Source of the DNA: an uncultured Actinomycetota bacterium
GTDB taxonomy: Bacteria; Actinomycetota; Actinomycetes; JAFAQI01; DASSKL01
Reading direction: 5' to 3'
Length of the DNA stretch: 64,000 nucleotides
NCBI GenBank assembly: GCA_963728075.1
Contig: CAVSIP010000003.1
Span: 617,463-681,462 of the forward strand
Shown: piece by piece, positions 26,401-34,910 of the stretch
Layout: each line of letters opens with the position of its first letter
Numbering within the stretch: position 1 is the first letter of the stretch
The notes under the pieces: generated by a model
The model's database searches: none
Told to the model about the DNA's origin: nothing
Seen by the model: the letters and a program-made list of their open reading frames with translations, nothing else
Position numbers and translations under genes: made by a program

Positions 26401-27085
26401 TCGCGAGTGCATCACCGTCCTGCTCGCCGACGACCAGGCGCTCGTTCGGGCCGGCTTCCGGATGATCCTGGAAACCCAGGACGACATCGTCGTGGTCGGC
26501 GAGGCCGAGAACGGGGAGGAGGCGGCGAGCCTCAGCCGCGCCCTACGCCCCGACGTCATCCTCATGGACATCCGCATGCCGGTGCTGGACGGGCTGGAAG
26601 CGACCCGGCAGATCCTCGCCCGAGGAGGCGACGGCCTGCTGCCGCACATCGTCATGCTCACCACGTTCGACACCGACGAGTACCTCTACGAGGCCCTGCA
26701 CATCGGTGCTTCCGGCTTCCTGCTCAAGACTGCCCCCCCGGACCGGCTCGTCGACGCCGTCAGGCGGATCCGCAGCAACGAGGCGCTGCTCGCCCCGACC
26801 GTCACCCGAAGGCTCATCGAGACCTACCTCGACCGACACCAACCCGACCAGCGCTACGGCAGCCGAATCGCCGCGCTGACCAGTCGTGAACAGGACGTGC
26901 TGCGCCTCATGGCCGAAGGTCTCGCCAACAGCGAGATCGCGGCGCGCCTGACCGTCAGCGACGCGACCGTCAAGACGCACGTGAACCGCATCCTGCAGAA
27001 GCTGCAGGTCCGCGACCGCGTGCAGGCGGTGATCCTCGCTTACGAGTCTGGGGTCATCCAGCCGGGGTCGAACCGGTCGCTGTGA
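26390..27085 (+). CDS. NarL/LuxR-family response regulator
   Basis: LADDQALVR, DVILMDIRMP, LTSREQDVL...TVKTHV. Confidence 0.93.
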   Translation: MSTDRECITVLLADDQALVRAGFRMILETQDDIVVVGEAENGEEAASLSRALRPDVILMDIRMPVLDGLEATRQILARGGDGLLPHIVMLTTFDTDEYLYEALHIGASGFLLKTAPPDRLVDAVRRIRSNEALLAPTVTRRLIETYLDRHQPDQRYGSRIAALTSREQDVLRLMAEGLANSEIAARLTVSDATVKTHVNRILQKLQVRDRVQAVILAYESGVIQPGSNRSL

Positions 27086-27144
27086 GGCCCTTGCGCCTCG
27101 GGATCGGTGCTTCGAGACCGCGGCGCTGCCCGCCGGCGTGTCGT

Positions 27145-27177
27145 GTTCGACGAGCCGTCACCGCATGTTCACGGGTC
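27145..27177 (+). promoter_or_regulatory. PHO-box-like 11-nt direct repeats
   Basis: GTTCGACGAGC / CGTCACCGCAT / GTTCACGGGTC at 11-nt period upstream of a phosphoesterase. Confidence 0.4.
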
Positions 27178-27250
27178 TGCCGGTCGTACGACATCCGACC
27201 TGGCCATCGTGTCGCTCGGTCCGGCACGGACCGTGAGACGAGGAGGATGG

Positions 27251-28852
27251 ATGAGGCACAGGAAGACGGTGCTGGGGGCGTCGGCGGCCGCAGCTGCGGC
27301 TCTGCTGGTGACCGGGGTCGCCGGCCCCGCGAGAGCGGGGGACCCGCACGGCGTCGGCGACACGGCTACGGCTGCGACTCCGATCAAGCACCTGGTGGTG
27401 ATCTTCGGGGAGAACGTGTCGTTCGACCACTACTTCGGCACGTACCCGAAAGCGACGAACAGCGACGGTACGCGGTTCACCGCACAGGGCGACACCCCGG
27501 CCGTGAACGGGCTCACCCCTGCGCTGCTCGCAGACAACCCGAACGGTGCCAACCCGCAGCGGCTCGGCCCTGCCCAGGCGGTGACCTGCGACCAGGACCA
27601 CGGCTACACCGCGGAGCAGCAGGCCTACGACGGCGGGGCGATGGACGGGTTCGTCCCGTACACCGACCGGGAGAGCTGCGACTCCCGGATGTACGCCGCC
27701 CCCGGCCTGGTCATGGACTACTACGACGGCAACACCGTCACCGCGCTGTGGAACTACGCGCAGCGGTTCGCGATGAGTGACAACTCCTACAACACGACGT
27801 TCGGCCCGTCCACACCGGGCGCGCTGAACCTGGTGTCCGGGCAGACCGGGGGCGCGGTGAACCACGCGACGGCGGGCCGCGACGCGGGCACCGTCCCCGA
27901 CGGGCCGGTCACCACGACGGAGACCTACGGCGTGCGCAACCCGGACGTCAGCGGGGTCGGCACCGTGGTCAACGACCCGGACCCGTACTACGACATGTGC
28001 TCGAGTCCCAAGCACGACACCGTCGAGATGACCGGCCAGAACGTCGGTGACCTGCTCAACGAACGGCGCGTCACCTGGGGCTGGTTCGAGGGCGGCTTCG
28101 CCGACTGCAGTACGACTCACGCCAACGTCGCCGGCGTGAGCAGCGCCGACTACATCCCGCACCACGAGCCGTTCCAGTACTACCGGAGCACCTCGAACCC
28201 GCGACACCTCCCGCCGAGCAGCCCCGACATGATCGGCAAGACAGACCAGGCCAACCACCAGTACGACATGACCGACTGGTACACCGCGCTCGACGACGGC
28301 CACCTGCCGGCGGTGAGCTTCCTCAAGGCCCCCGGCTACCAGGACGGCCACGCCGCGTACAGCGACCCGATCGACGAGCAGCACTTCGTCGTCGACGTGA
28401 TGAACCGGCTGCAGCGCTCCGATGCCTGGAAGTCGACCGCCGTGGTCGTCTCCTACGACGACAGCGACGGGTGGTACGACCACCAGCCCTCGCCGGTCGT
28501 CAACGCCTCGCACTACAGCGACGACGCGCTGGACGGCCCCGCTCAGTGCACGGACGCCGGCAACGGGGGGACCACGACGACGCTCGACGGCTTCCAGGAC
28601 CGCTGCGGGTACGGCCCGCGCCTACCGCTGCTGGTGCTCTCCCCGTACGCGAAGCGCAACTACGTCGACCACGCGGTCACCGACCAGTCCTCGATCCTGC
28701 GCCTCGTCGAGGACAACTGGCTCGGTGGCGCCCGCATCTCGGGTTCGTTCGACCGGCTCGCCGGCTCCCTGGACGGCATGTTCGACTTCGGCCACCCCGT
28801 GAACGGTCGCCTCTACCTCGACCCGGCGACGGGGGCTCCGTCAGCGGGCTGA
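27251..28852 (+). CDS. Secreted phospholipase C / acid phosphatase (phosphoesterase family)
   Basis: Signal peptide, IKHLVVIFGENVSFDHYFGTY, GPSTPGALNL, YDDSDGWYDH, GYGPRLP. RBS AGGAGG. Confidence 0.9.
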   Translation: MRHRKTVLGASAAAAAALLVTGVAGPARAGDPHGVGDTATAATPIKHLVVIFGENVSFDHYFGTYPKATNSDGTRFTAQGDTPAVNGLTPALLADNPNGANPQRLGPAQAVTCDQDHGYTAEQQAYDGGAMDGFVPYTDRESCDSRMYAAPGLVMDYYDGNTVTALWNYAQRFAMSDNSYNTTFGPSTPGALNLVSGQTGGAVNHATAGRDAGTVPDGPVTTTETYGVRNPDVSGVGTVVNDPDPYYDMCSSPKHDTVEMTGQNVGDLLNERRVTWGWFEGGFADCSTTHANVAGVSSADYIPHHEPFQYYRSTSNPRHLPPSSPDMIGKTDQANHQYDMTDWYTALDDGHLPAVSFLKAPGYQDGHAAYSDPIDEQHFVVDVMNRLQRSDAWKSTAVVVSYDDSDGWYDHQPSPVVNASHYSDDALDGPAQCTDAGNGGTTTTLDGFQDRCGYGPRLPLLVLSPYAKRNYVDHAVTDQSSILRLVEDNWLGGARISGSFDRLAGSLDGMFDFGHPVNGRLYLDPATGAPSAG

Positions 28853-28873
28853 GCGCGCTCGTGCGGTCGTCTG

Positions 28874-28915
28874 GCTGCCCCCATCCCTTGGCCGATGCCG
28901 AGGGGTGGGGGCAGC
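28874..28915 (+). terminator. GC-rich stem-loop after phosphoesterase
   Basis: GCTGCCCCCATCCCTTGGC-CGAT-GCCGAGGGGTGGGGGCAGC, 19-bp stem with G-U pairs. Confidence 0.6.
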
Positions 28916-28951
28916 ACGCGTTCGGGTCGCTTCCCCAGTTCGCCGCTTCAC

Positions 28952-28973
28952 CTTCATGCGCTGTTCAGGTCGG
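28952..28973 (+). promoter_or_regulatory. PHO-box-like repeat pair
   Basis: CTTCATGCGCT / GTTCAGGTCGG at 11-nt period upstream of the second phosphoesterase. Confidence 0.35.
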
Positions 28974-29059
28974 TTTGCCCTGGGCGTTGCCGACGGCTCG
29001 TAGCGTCCGGCGCCGTCACCGTGTCACGGGGGCACGGGACGAGCGACAGGAGAGCGCAC

Positions 29060-31540
29060 GTGCGCGTGGGGATGAGCAGAACGAGGGCGGGCCGCTATGC
29101 GGCCGGCGGTGCGGCGGGATTGCTGGCGCTGGGCACCGGGGTGGCGGTCGCGGCCACTCTGGTGGCCGGGCCGCAGGGGGACGGGACGGCGGTCACCCCG
29201 GTCGGCTACCGGGTGACGCCGGCCGGGCGGCAGACGACGCTGGGGGACCTTCCGCTCGGCATGGCGTTGAGTCCGGACGGGGGCATGCTGCTGGTCAGCA
29301 ACGACGGGCAGGGCACCCAGTCGTTGCAGGTCGTGGACCCGCGGACGTCGCAGGTGAGGCAGACCATCGCGTACGCCAGCCCGCAGTCGTTGTTCGCCGG
29401 GCTGGGCTTCAGCCCGGACGGCAGCCGGGCGTACGCGAGTGGCGGCGGCGACGAGCAGATCCACACCTATGCCGTGTCGGGCGGGCGGCTGACGGAGACG
29501 GCGCCGATCGCCCTGCCGGCCACGGACGCCGCCGGGAACGCGGTGAACATGTTCCCGGCCGGGTTGGCTGTCGCCGCGGGCGGGTCGCGGCTGGTCGTGG
29601 CCGACCACCTGGCGGACGCCGCGAGCGTGGTGGACGTGGCGACCGGTGCCGTGCAGACGGTCGCGGTCGGGCACGCGCCGTACGGCGTGGCGGTCATGGG
29701 TGACACCGCGTACGTGACGAACCAGGGTGCCGGCACGGTCTCGGTGGTGGATCTCAGGAAGAGCGCACCGCGGGTGGTCGGCACCGTCCGGGTCGGCACG
29801 CACCCCAACGCCGTGATCGCCGACCCGGCCGGCCACCGGGTGTTCGTGGCGGACGGGGACAGCGACGAGGTCAGCGTCATCGACGCCGCCACGGACACGG
29901 TGAGGCAGACGGTCAGCCTCGCGCCGTACGCCGACGCGCGGGTCGGCAGCACTCCGCTCGCGCTGGCACTGGCGCCCGATGGCAAGACGCTGTACGTGGC
30001 GAACGCCGGTAACAACGCCGTCGCTGTCGTCGACTTGGCGCGCGGCCAGGTGACGGGTACGGTGCCGACCGGTTGGTACCCCAGCGCCGTGGTCGCCACG
30101 GACAGCTCGCTGTTCGTCGCGAACGCCAAGGGCCTCGGCGCGGGCCCGAACGACGGCCCGGGGCGCCCGGACCCGACCTCCTCGAGCGCCACCAGCCCGG
30201 ACCAGTACGTCGGCTCGATGATGGCCGGCACCCTGTCCACCGTCGACCTGCCGCTGAGCGCCGGCCAACTCGCGCACGGTACGCAGCAGGTCCGGCGGAA
30301 CAACGGCTACGCGCGGGCGAACGCGCGAGGCGGCGACCCGCAGCCGATCGAGCACGTGATCTACATCGTCAAGGAGAACCGCACCTTCGACCAGGTCTTC
30401 GGCTCGCTCGGCAAGGGCAACGGCGAGGCGTCGCTGAATCTCTTCGGCGACGAGTCGGCACCGAACCAGCGGGCGCTGGAGAAGCGCTTCGTCACCCTCG
30501 ACAACTTCTACGCCGACGCCGAGATCAGCGCACAGGGGTGGAACTGGTCGGTCGCCGCCAACTCCAACCCGTACAGCGAGGCGCTGTGGCCGGCGAACTA
30601 CTCCGGTCGCAACGCGCCGTACCCGTCGGAGAACGGTGACCCCGCGATCGCCCCGAACGTCCACCCGGCCGACGCCTACATCTGGGACCGGCTCGCGGAC
30701 AACGGGGTGACCTTCCGCAACTACGGGTTCTACGTCCACGGCAGCAGCACCGGCGGCTTCCACGCCGCGGACCCGAAGCTCGAGGCGAACACCGACCACG
30801 CCTTCCGCGGCTTCGACCTGGCGTGCCCGAGCAACGCCGACACCTTCGCGCCGCGCCGGTCGGACTGCGGCACACCTCGGTTCGACGAGTGGAAGCGGGA
30901 GTTCGACCAGTACGTGCGTAACGGCAACCTGCCCACGGTGGAGCTCGTACGCCTGCCCAACGACCACACCGCAGGCACCCGCACCGGCTACCCGACGCCG
31001 CGTGCCTACGTCGCGGACAACGACCTGGCGCTGGGCAGGCTCGTCGACGCGGTGTCGCACTCGCCGTACTGGCAGAACACCGCCATCTTCGTCACCGAGG
31101 ACGACGCGCAGAACGGGCCCGACCACGTCGACGCCCACCGCACGACCTCACAGGTCATCAGCCCCTACACCCAGACCGGAGCGGTCGACAGCACCTTCTA
31201 CTCCACCGCGTCGATGCTGCGCACGATCGAAGACCTCGTCGGCATCCGGCCCCTCACCCAGTTCGACGCGTTCGCCACGCCGATGAGCGCCGCCTTCTCC
31301 AGCCACCCGAACGACCGGACCTACCAGGCGGTCCGGCCGCAGCAGGCGGGTAACACGACGAACGGCAGCTCCGCCCCGATGGCGGCCGCGTCGAACGCGC
31401 AGCGCCTCGACGTCGAGGACGCCATCAACATGGCCACCTTCAACGAGGCGATCTGGAGGTCCGTGAAGGGCGCAGACAGTGACATGCCCGCGCCACGGCA
31501 CGCGTTGCGCCCCTCCACCGCGCCGGGCGGCGGCGGTTAG
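29060..31540 (+). CDS. Secreted YVTN/YncE beta-propeller + phosphoesterase (alkaline-phosphatase superfamily) fusion
   Basis: Repeated YVTN/YVAN..GTVSVVD blades, then IYIVKENRTFDQVFG, LPNDHT, EDDAQNGPDHVDAHR. Confidence 0.88.
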   Translation: MRVGMSRTRAGRYAAGGAAGLLALGTGVAVAATLVAGPQGDGTAVTPVGYRVTPAGRQTTLGDLPLGMALSPDGGMLLVSNDGQGTQSLQVVDPRTSQVRQTIAYASPQSLFAGLGFSPDGSRAYASGGGDEQIHTYAVSGGRLTETAPIALPATDAAGNAVNMFPAGLAVAAGGSRLVVADHLADAASVVDVATGAVQTVAVGHAPYGVAVMGDTAYVTNQGAGTVSVVDLRKSAPRVVGTVRVGTHPNAVIADPAGHRVFVADGDSDEVSVIDAATDTVRQTVSLAPYADARVGSTPLALALAPDGKTLYVANAGNNAVAVVDLARGQVTGTVPTGWYPSAVVATDSSLFVANAKGLGAGPNDGPGRPDPTSSSATSPDQYVGSMMAGTLSTVDLPLSAGQLAHGTQQVRRNNGYARANARGGDPQPIEHVIYIVKENRTFDQVFGSLGKGNGEASLNLFGDESAPNQRALEKRFVTLDNFYADAEISAQGWNWSVAANSNPYSEALWPANYSGRNAPYPSENGDPAIAPNVHPADAYIWDRLADNGVTFRNYGFYVHGSSTGGFHAADPKLEANTDHAFRGFDLACPSNADTFAPRRSDCGTPRFDEWKREFDQYVRNGNLPTVELVRLPNDHTAGTRTGYPTPRAYVADNDLALGRLVDAVSHSPYWQNTAIFVTEDDAQNGPDHVDAHRTTSQVISPYTQTGAVDSTFYSTASMLRTIEDLVGIRPLTQFDAFATPMSAAFSSHPNDRTYQAVRPQQAGNTTNGSSAPMAAASNAQRLDVEDAINMATFNEAIWRSVKGADSDMPAPRHALRPSTAPGGGG

Positions 31541-31560
31541 GGTCTGCGCCCTCGTCGCAG

Positions 31561-31594
31561 CCGGCCCCCGCGCGTTCGAACACGCGGGGGCCGG
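31561..31594 (+). terminator. Stem-loop terminator
   Basis: CCGGCCCCCGCG-N10-CGCGGGGGCCGG, perfect 12-bp stem. Confidence 0.65.
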
Positions 31595-31749
31595 ACCGTT
31601 CACAGTCGTGCTCCGGGCCCCCTCGCTGCCATCGATCGAGGCGGGGTCGGGGTGGCTGCATCGCCGTGCTGGGGCTGTTCGGCTCCTTGCGGTCGTGGCG
31701 CACGTGGCCCAGGCTCGGGGGAGAGTCTGCAGTGGCAGCGGGGGGCGGG

Positions 31750-32619
31750 GTGGCAACGACGATCGCGGTGGTGGCCGCGCTGGCCGCCGCTGCCCTCTTC
31801 GGTGTGTCGACCGTCCTGCAGCAGGCGGCTGCCAGAGCGGAGCCTGCGGCGCCCGGCGCCCACGTGCTTCGATGGCGACTCCTCGGTCGGCTGGCCCGGC
31901 GCCCCCGGTGGCTGATCGCGGTCGGGCTCGCCGCCGTTTCGTACGGAGTACAGGCTCTTGCGCTGGCCTTCGGGCCGCTCGTGCTCGTCCAGCCGCTCGC
32001 GGCCATGGACCTGCTGTTCGCGCTCCCCCTGCTCGCTCGGCGGAACCGGCGCCGACTGCGGCGTGACGAGTGGCTCGGCAGCGCCCTGGTCGTCACCGGA
32101 GTCGGCCTGTTCCTCGCGCTCTCCCGGCCCGGCGAGGGCCGGACGGCCCCACCGCTCGCCGACTGGATTCCGGTGCTGGCCGCCATCGGCTCCGTGGTGT
32201 TCGTTGCGACCGCACTTGCGTCGCGGATGAGCGCGGGCACGCGTACGGCGCTGCTCGCCAGCGCGGGAGCAAGCGTCTTCGCGCTCGTCGACGCGCTGAG
32301 CAAGAGCCTCGTCGGTCAGCTGCGGGACGACGGGCTGGTGACCTTGATGCGATGGGAGCCCTACGCTCTGCTCGCGGCAGGGCTCACGGGGCTGCTGCTC
32401 GCGCAGACCGCGTTCCGTTCCGGCTCCCTGCTCATCAGCCTGCCGATCATCGACACGCTCGAGCCGATCGGAGCGGTGCTCGTCGGCGCCTTGGTGTTCG
32501 ACGAGCACGTCGCCCGCTCCTTGCCGCTCCTGGTCGGACAGCTGCTCGCCGCGGCGGTCGCGGTCGCGGGCATCGTGGTCCTGGACCGGTCGCCGCTGAC
32601 CACGTCGATGCGCGGTTGA
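31750..32619 (+). CDS. DMT-superfamily transporter
   Basis: ALFGVSTVLQQ, RRPRWLIA, QALALAFGPLVLVQPL, multiple TM helices. Start approximate. Confidence 0.8.
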   Translation: MATTIAVVAALAAAALFGVSTVLQQAAARAEPAAPGAHVLRWRLLGRLARRPRWLIAVGLAAVSYGVQALALAFGPLVLVQPLAAMDLLFALPLLARRNRRRLRRDEWLGSALVVTGVGLFLALSRPGEGRTAPPLADWIPVLAAIGSVVFVATALASRMSAGTRTALLASAGASVFALVDALSKSLVGQLRDDGLVTLMRWEPYALLAAGLTGLLLAQTAFRSGSLLISLPIIDTLEPIGAVLVGALVFDEHVARSLPLLVGQLLAAAVAVAGIVVLDRSPLTTSMRG

Positions 32620-32948
32620 CGGCGCAGGCTCAGTAGCGGGGCCGCGGCCACGACCAGCACTGCGAGCAGCAGGGTGGTCACGAGCGTCGCGCGAGCCGGT
32701 GGCCGGACGGTGGACCCCAGACGGGACTAGGTGTGGGGTGGACAGCGCCCGACCACCGGCGGGAGGTCTCCCCGTGAGGCCCGTCCGCACGGAGAGTCGC
32801 CCGGGTGAATCCGTGAAGAAGAACCGGGCAGTCCGGTCATACCACCATCCGAGGTGCACCACAACAGCCCTGCGTGAGAGAGCCGCGGCCGGCCGGCGTT
32901 GTGCGACCGTTACACCTACTCTAGGAGTAGGTCACACACTTTCGGGGT

Positions 32949-34310
32949 ATGGGGGTCGCCGTGCCGAAGCGGGGGACCCGGACAGCGTCGGCTGGGCTGC
33001 TCAGCAGGGCAGCGTTCATCGGCGTGCCCGGTGGTGCGCTGATCCTGCTGGGGGTGCTCGCCGGGCTGGAGCTGGAGTCGGGGCGGGTGTGGTGGCTCGG
33101 TGCGCTGGCCCTGGGGGTCCTGGTGGGCGCGGTCGGGGTCCTGGGCGCGGCGTTGCGCCGTCACCGGGAGCTGGCCGAGGCGGCGAGCGCGGACGCCCGC
33201 CGGCTGGCCAGTGCCTCGGTGACCAGCAGTGAGCTGGTGTGGGAGATGTCTGCCGAAGGCACGCTGACCTACCTGGGCGGGCAGTGCCTGGCGATCTTCG
33301 GTCGGGCGCCGCAGGACCTGGTCGGGACGTCGGTGTTCGCGCTGCTCCCTGCGGCTGAGGCTGCGCGGGCCCGGCGGGTCCTGGTGGAGTCGGTGGCCAA
33401 CGGCACCGGATGGGAGCGCCTCACGTTCCGGGTGGTCGTGGCGTCAGGCGGCTTGGAGTGGGTGCAGACCAGCGGGGTCGCCCATGTCGACGAGCACGGG
33501 GCCGTCCGCGGGTTCACGGCGACGACCCACCTGCTGAGCGCGCACGAGGTGGACCAGCTTCGGCTGAGTGAGGCCCGGGCCCGGGTGGAGCAGACCCTGG
33601 CCCAGCATGCTGTCGACATCGTCTTCCAGCCGATCGTCGACCTGTCGTCCGGGCAGACCGCCGGGTTCGAGGCGCTGTCCCGGTTCCCCGTCCAGCCGGA
33701 ACGGTCGCCGGCGGAGTGGTTCGCGGACGCGGTGCTCGCCGGCCATGGTGTCGAGCTGGAGCTGCTGGCCGTGCAGACTGCCCTGCACCGGGCAGCGACC
33801 CGGGCCCTGCCGCTGGGCAGCTACGTGTCGGTGAACGTGTCGCCCGCGACGCTGACCAGCCCACGGCTGGTGGCGACCATCGACAGCGCGCCCGTACCCC
33901 CGATCCGGATCGTGCTGGAGATCACCGAGCACGCGTCCATCGCCGACTACCCGGTGCTGCTGGCGGCCACGGACGTGCTGCGCCAGCGGGGTGTCCGCCT
34001 GGCCGTCGATGACGCGGGTGCCGGCTACGCCTCCTTCCGGCACATCCTGTCGATGCGGCCGGACTGCATCAAGCTCGACCAGACGCTGGTCCGGGGCATC
34101 CACCAGGACCCGGCGCGACGGGCGTTCGCCGCTTCTGTGGTCATGTTCGCCCTGGAGGTGGGGGCGAGCATCGTCGGCGAAGGGGTGGAGACCGCGGAGG
34201 ATCTGCGGATGGCGCTCGACCTCGGCTTCGACGCGGTGCAGGGCTACTACCTGGGCCGCCCCCAGCCCCAGCCCGTCTCGAGCTCGACACCGCTGTGCGC
34301 GCCGGCCTGA
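32949..34310 (+). CDS. Membrane-anchored PAS + EAL c-di-GMP phosphodiesterase
   Basis: Two TM helices, PAS (ELVWEMSAEG.LTY), FQPIV, FEALSRF, LEITE, DDAGAGYAS, EGVET. Confidence 0.88.
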   Translation: MGVAVPKRGTRTASAGLLSRAAFIGVPGGALILLGVLAGLELESGRVWWLGALALGVLVGAVGVLGAALRRHRELAEAASADARRLASASVTSSELVWEMSAEGTLTYLGGQCLAIFGRAPQDLVGTSVFALLPAAEAARARRVLVESVANGTGWERLTFRVVVASGGLEWVQTSGVAHVDEHGAVRGFTATTHLLSAHEVDQLRLSEARARVEQTLAQHAVDIVFQPIVDLSSGQTAGFEALSRFPVQPERSPAEWFADAVLAGHGVELELLAVQTALHRAATRALPLGSYVSVNVSPATLTSPRLVATIDSAPVPPIRIVLEITEHASIADYPVLLAATDVLRQRGVRLAVDDAGAGYASFRHILSMRPDCIKLDQTLVRGIHQDPARRAFAASVVMFALEVGASIVGEGVETAEDLRMALDLGFDAVQGYYLGRPQPQPVSSSTPLCAPA

Positions 34311-34441
34311 CTCCTCGGGGTGTCGGGCACGCCGTGGGGGCGTAGTCCCTTGTGGCCAGTTTCGGCTATCGGCCATTTGGGTGACGCAGCGTTGTGGCAA
34401 GGTTACTGAGGGGAAGGGGGCTCGATGCCTGGGGGGGCGTG

Positions 34442-34783
34442 ATGGCTAACCGCTTCGGTGAACACGTGCGTCATCTGCGCCAGCTGGCGCGGCTCAGCCA
34501 GGAGCAGCTCGCGGAATCCCTCGGCGTCGGCCAGCAGACCGTGTCCCGCTGGGAGAACGGCACCGCGACACCGCGCCGGGCGACGCTACCCCTGCTGGCC
34601 AATCTGCTTGGGGTCAGTCCGGCCGCTCTCCTCGACGACCTCGGCTACCTGTCCGGTGATCAACCGGCCGATCAGGCCTGGGCCAGCACGCTCTCCGAGA
34701 TCCCCGAACAGCAGCTGTGGGAGCTCGCTGACGACCTCTGGCACGAGATCACCCGCAGGTACCGGCCGCAGCCGAAAGGCTGA
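34442..34783 (+). CDS. XRE-family HTH regulator
   Basis: LRQLARLSQEQLAESLGVGQQTVSRWENG..TP. Confidence 0.85.
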   Translation: MANRFGEHVRHLRQLARLSQEQLAESLGVGQQTVSRWENGTATPRRATLPLLANLLGVSPAALLDDLGYLSGDQPADQAWASTLSEIPEQQLWELADDLWHEITRRYRPQPKG

Positions 34784-34910
34784 CGTCGCGACCGAAGCGG
34801 CGCCATCGCCGAGAACGCCTGGGCGCCTTGTGTCCGGTCACTGCGAGCGCGCGTCTCGGCTGTGACGGGGCCCAGCAGGCATGGACGCAGGGTCGTCGAA
34901 CCACTGCACC

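Noticed and set aside
32361-32681. Small reverse ORF starting MTTLLLAVLVVAAAP
   Set aside because: Mostly antisense to the DMT gene, with no RBS or family motif.
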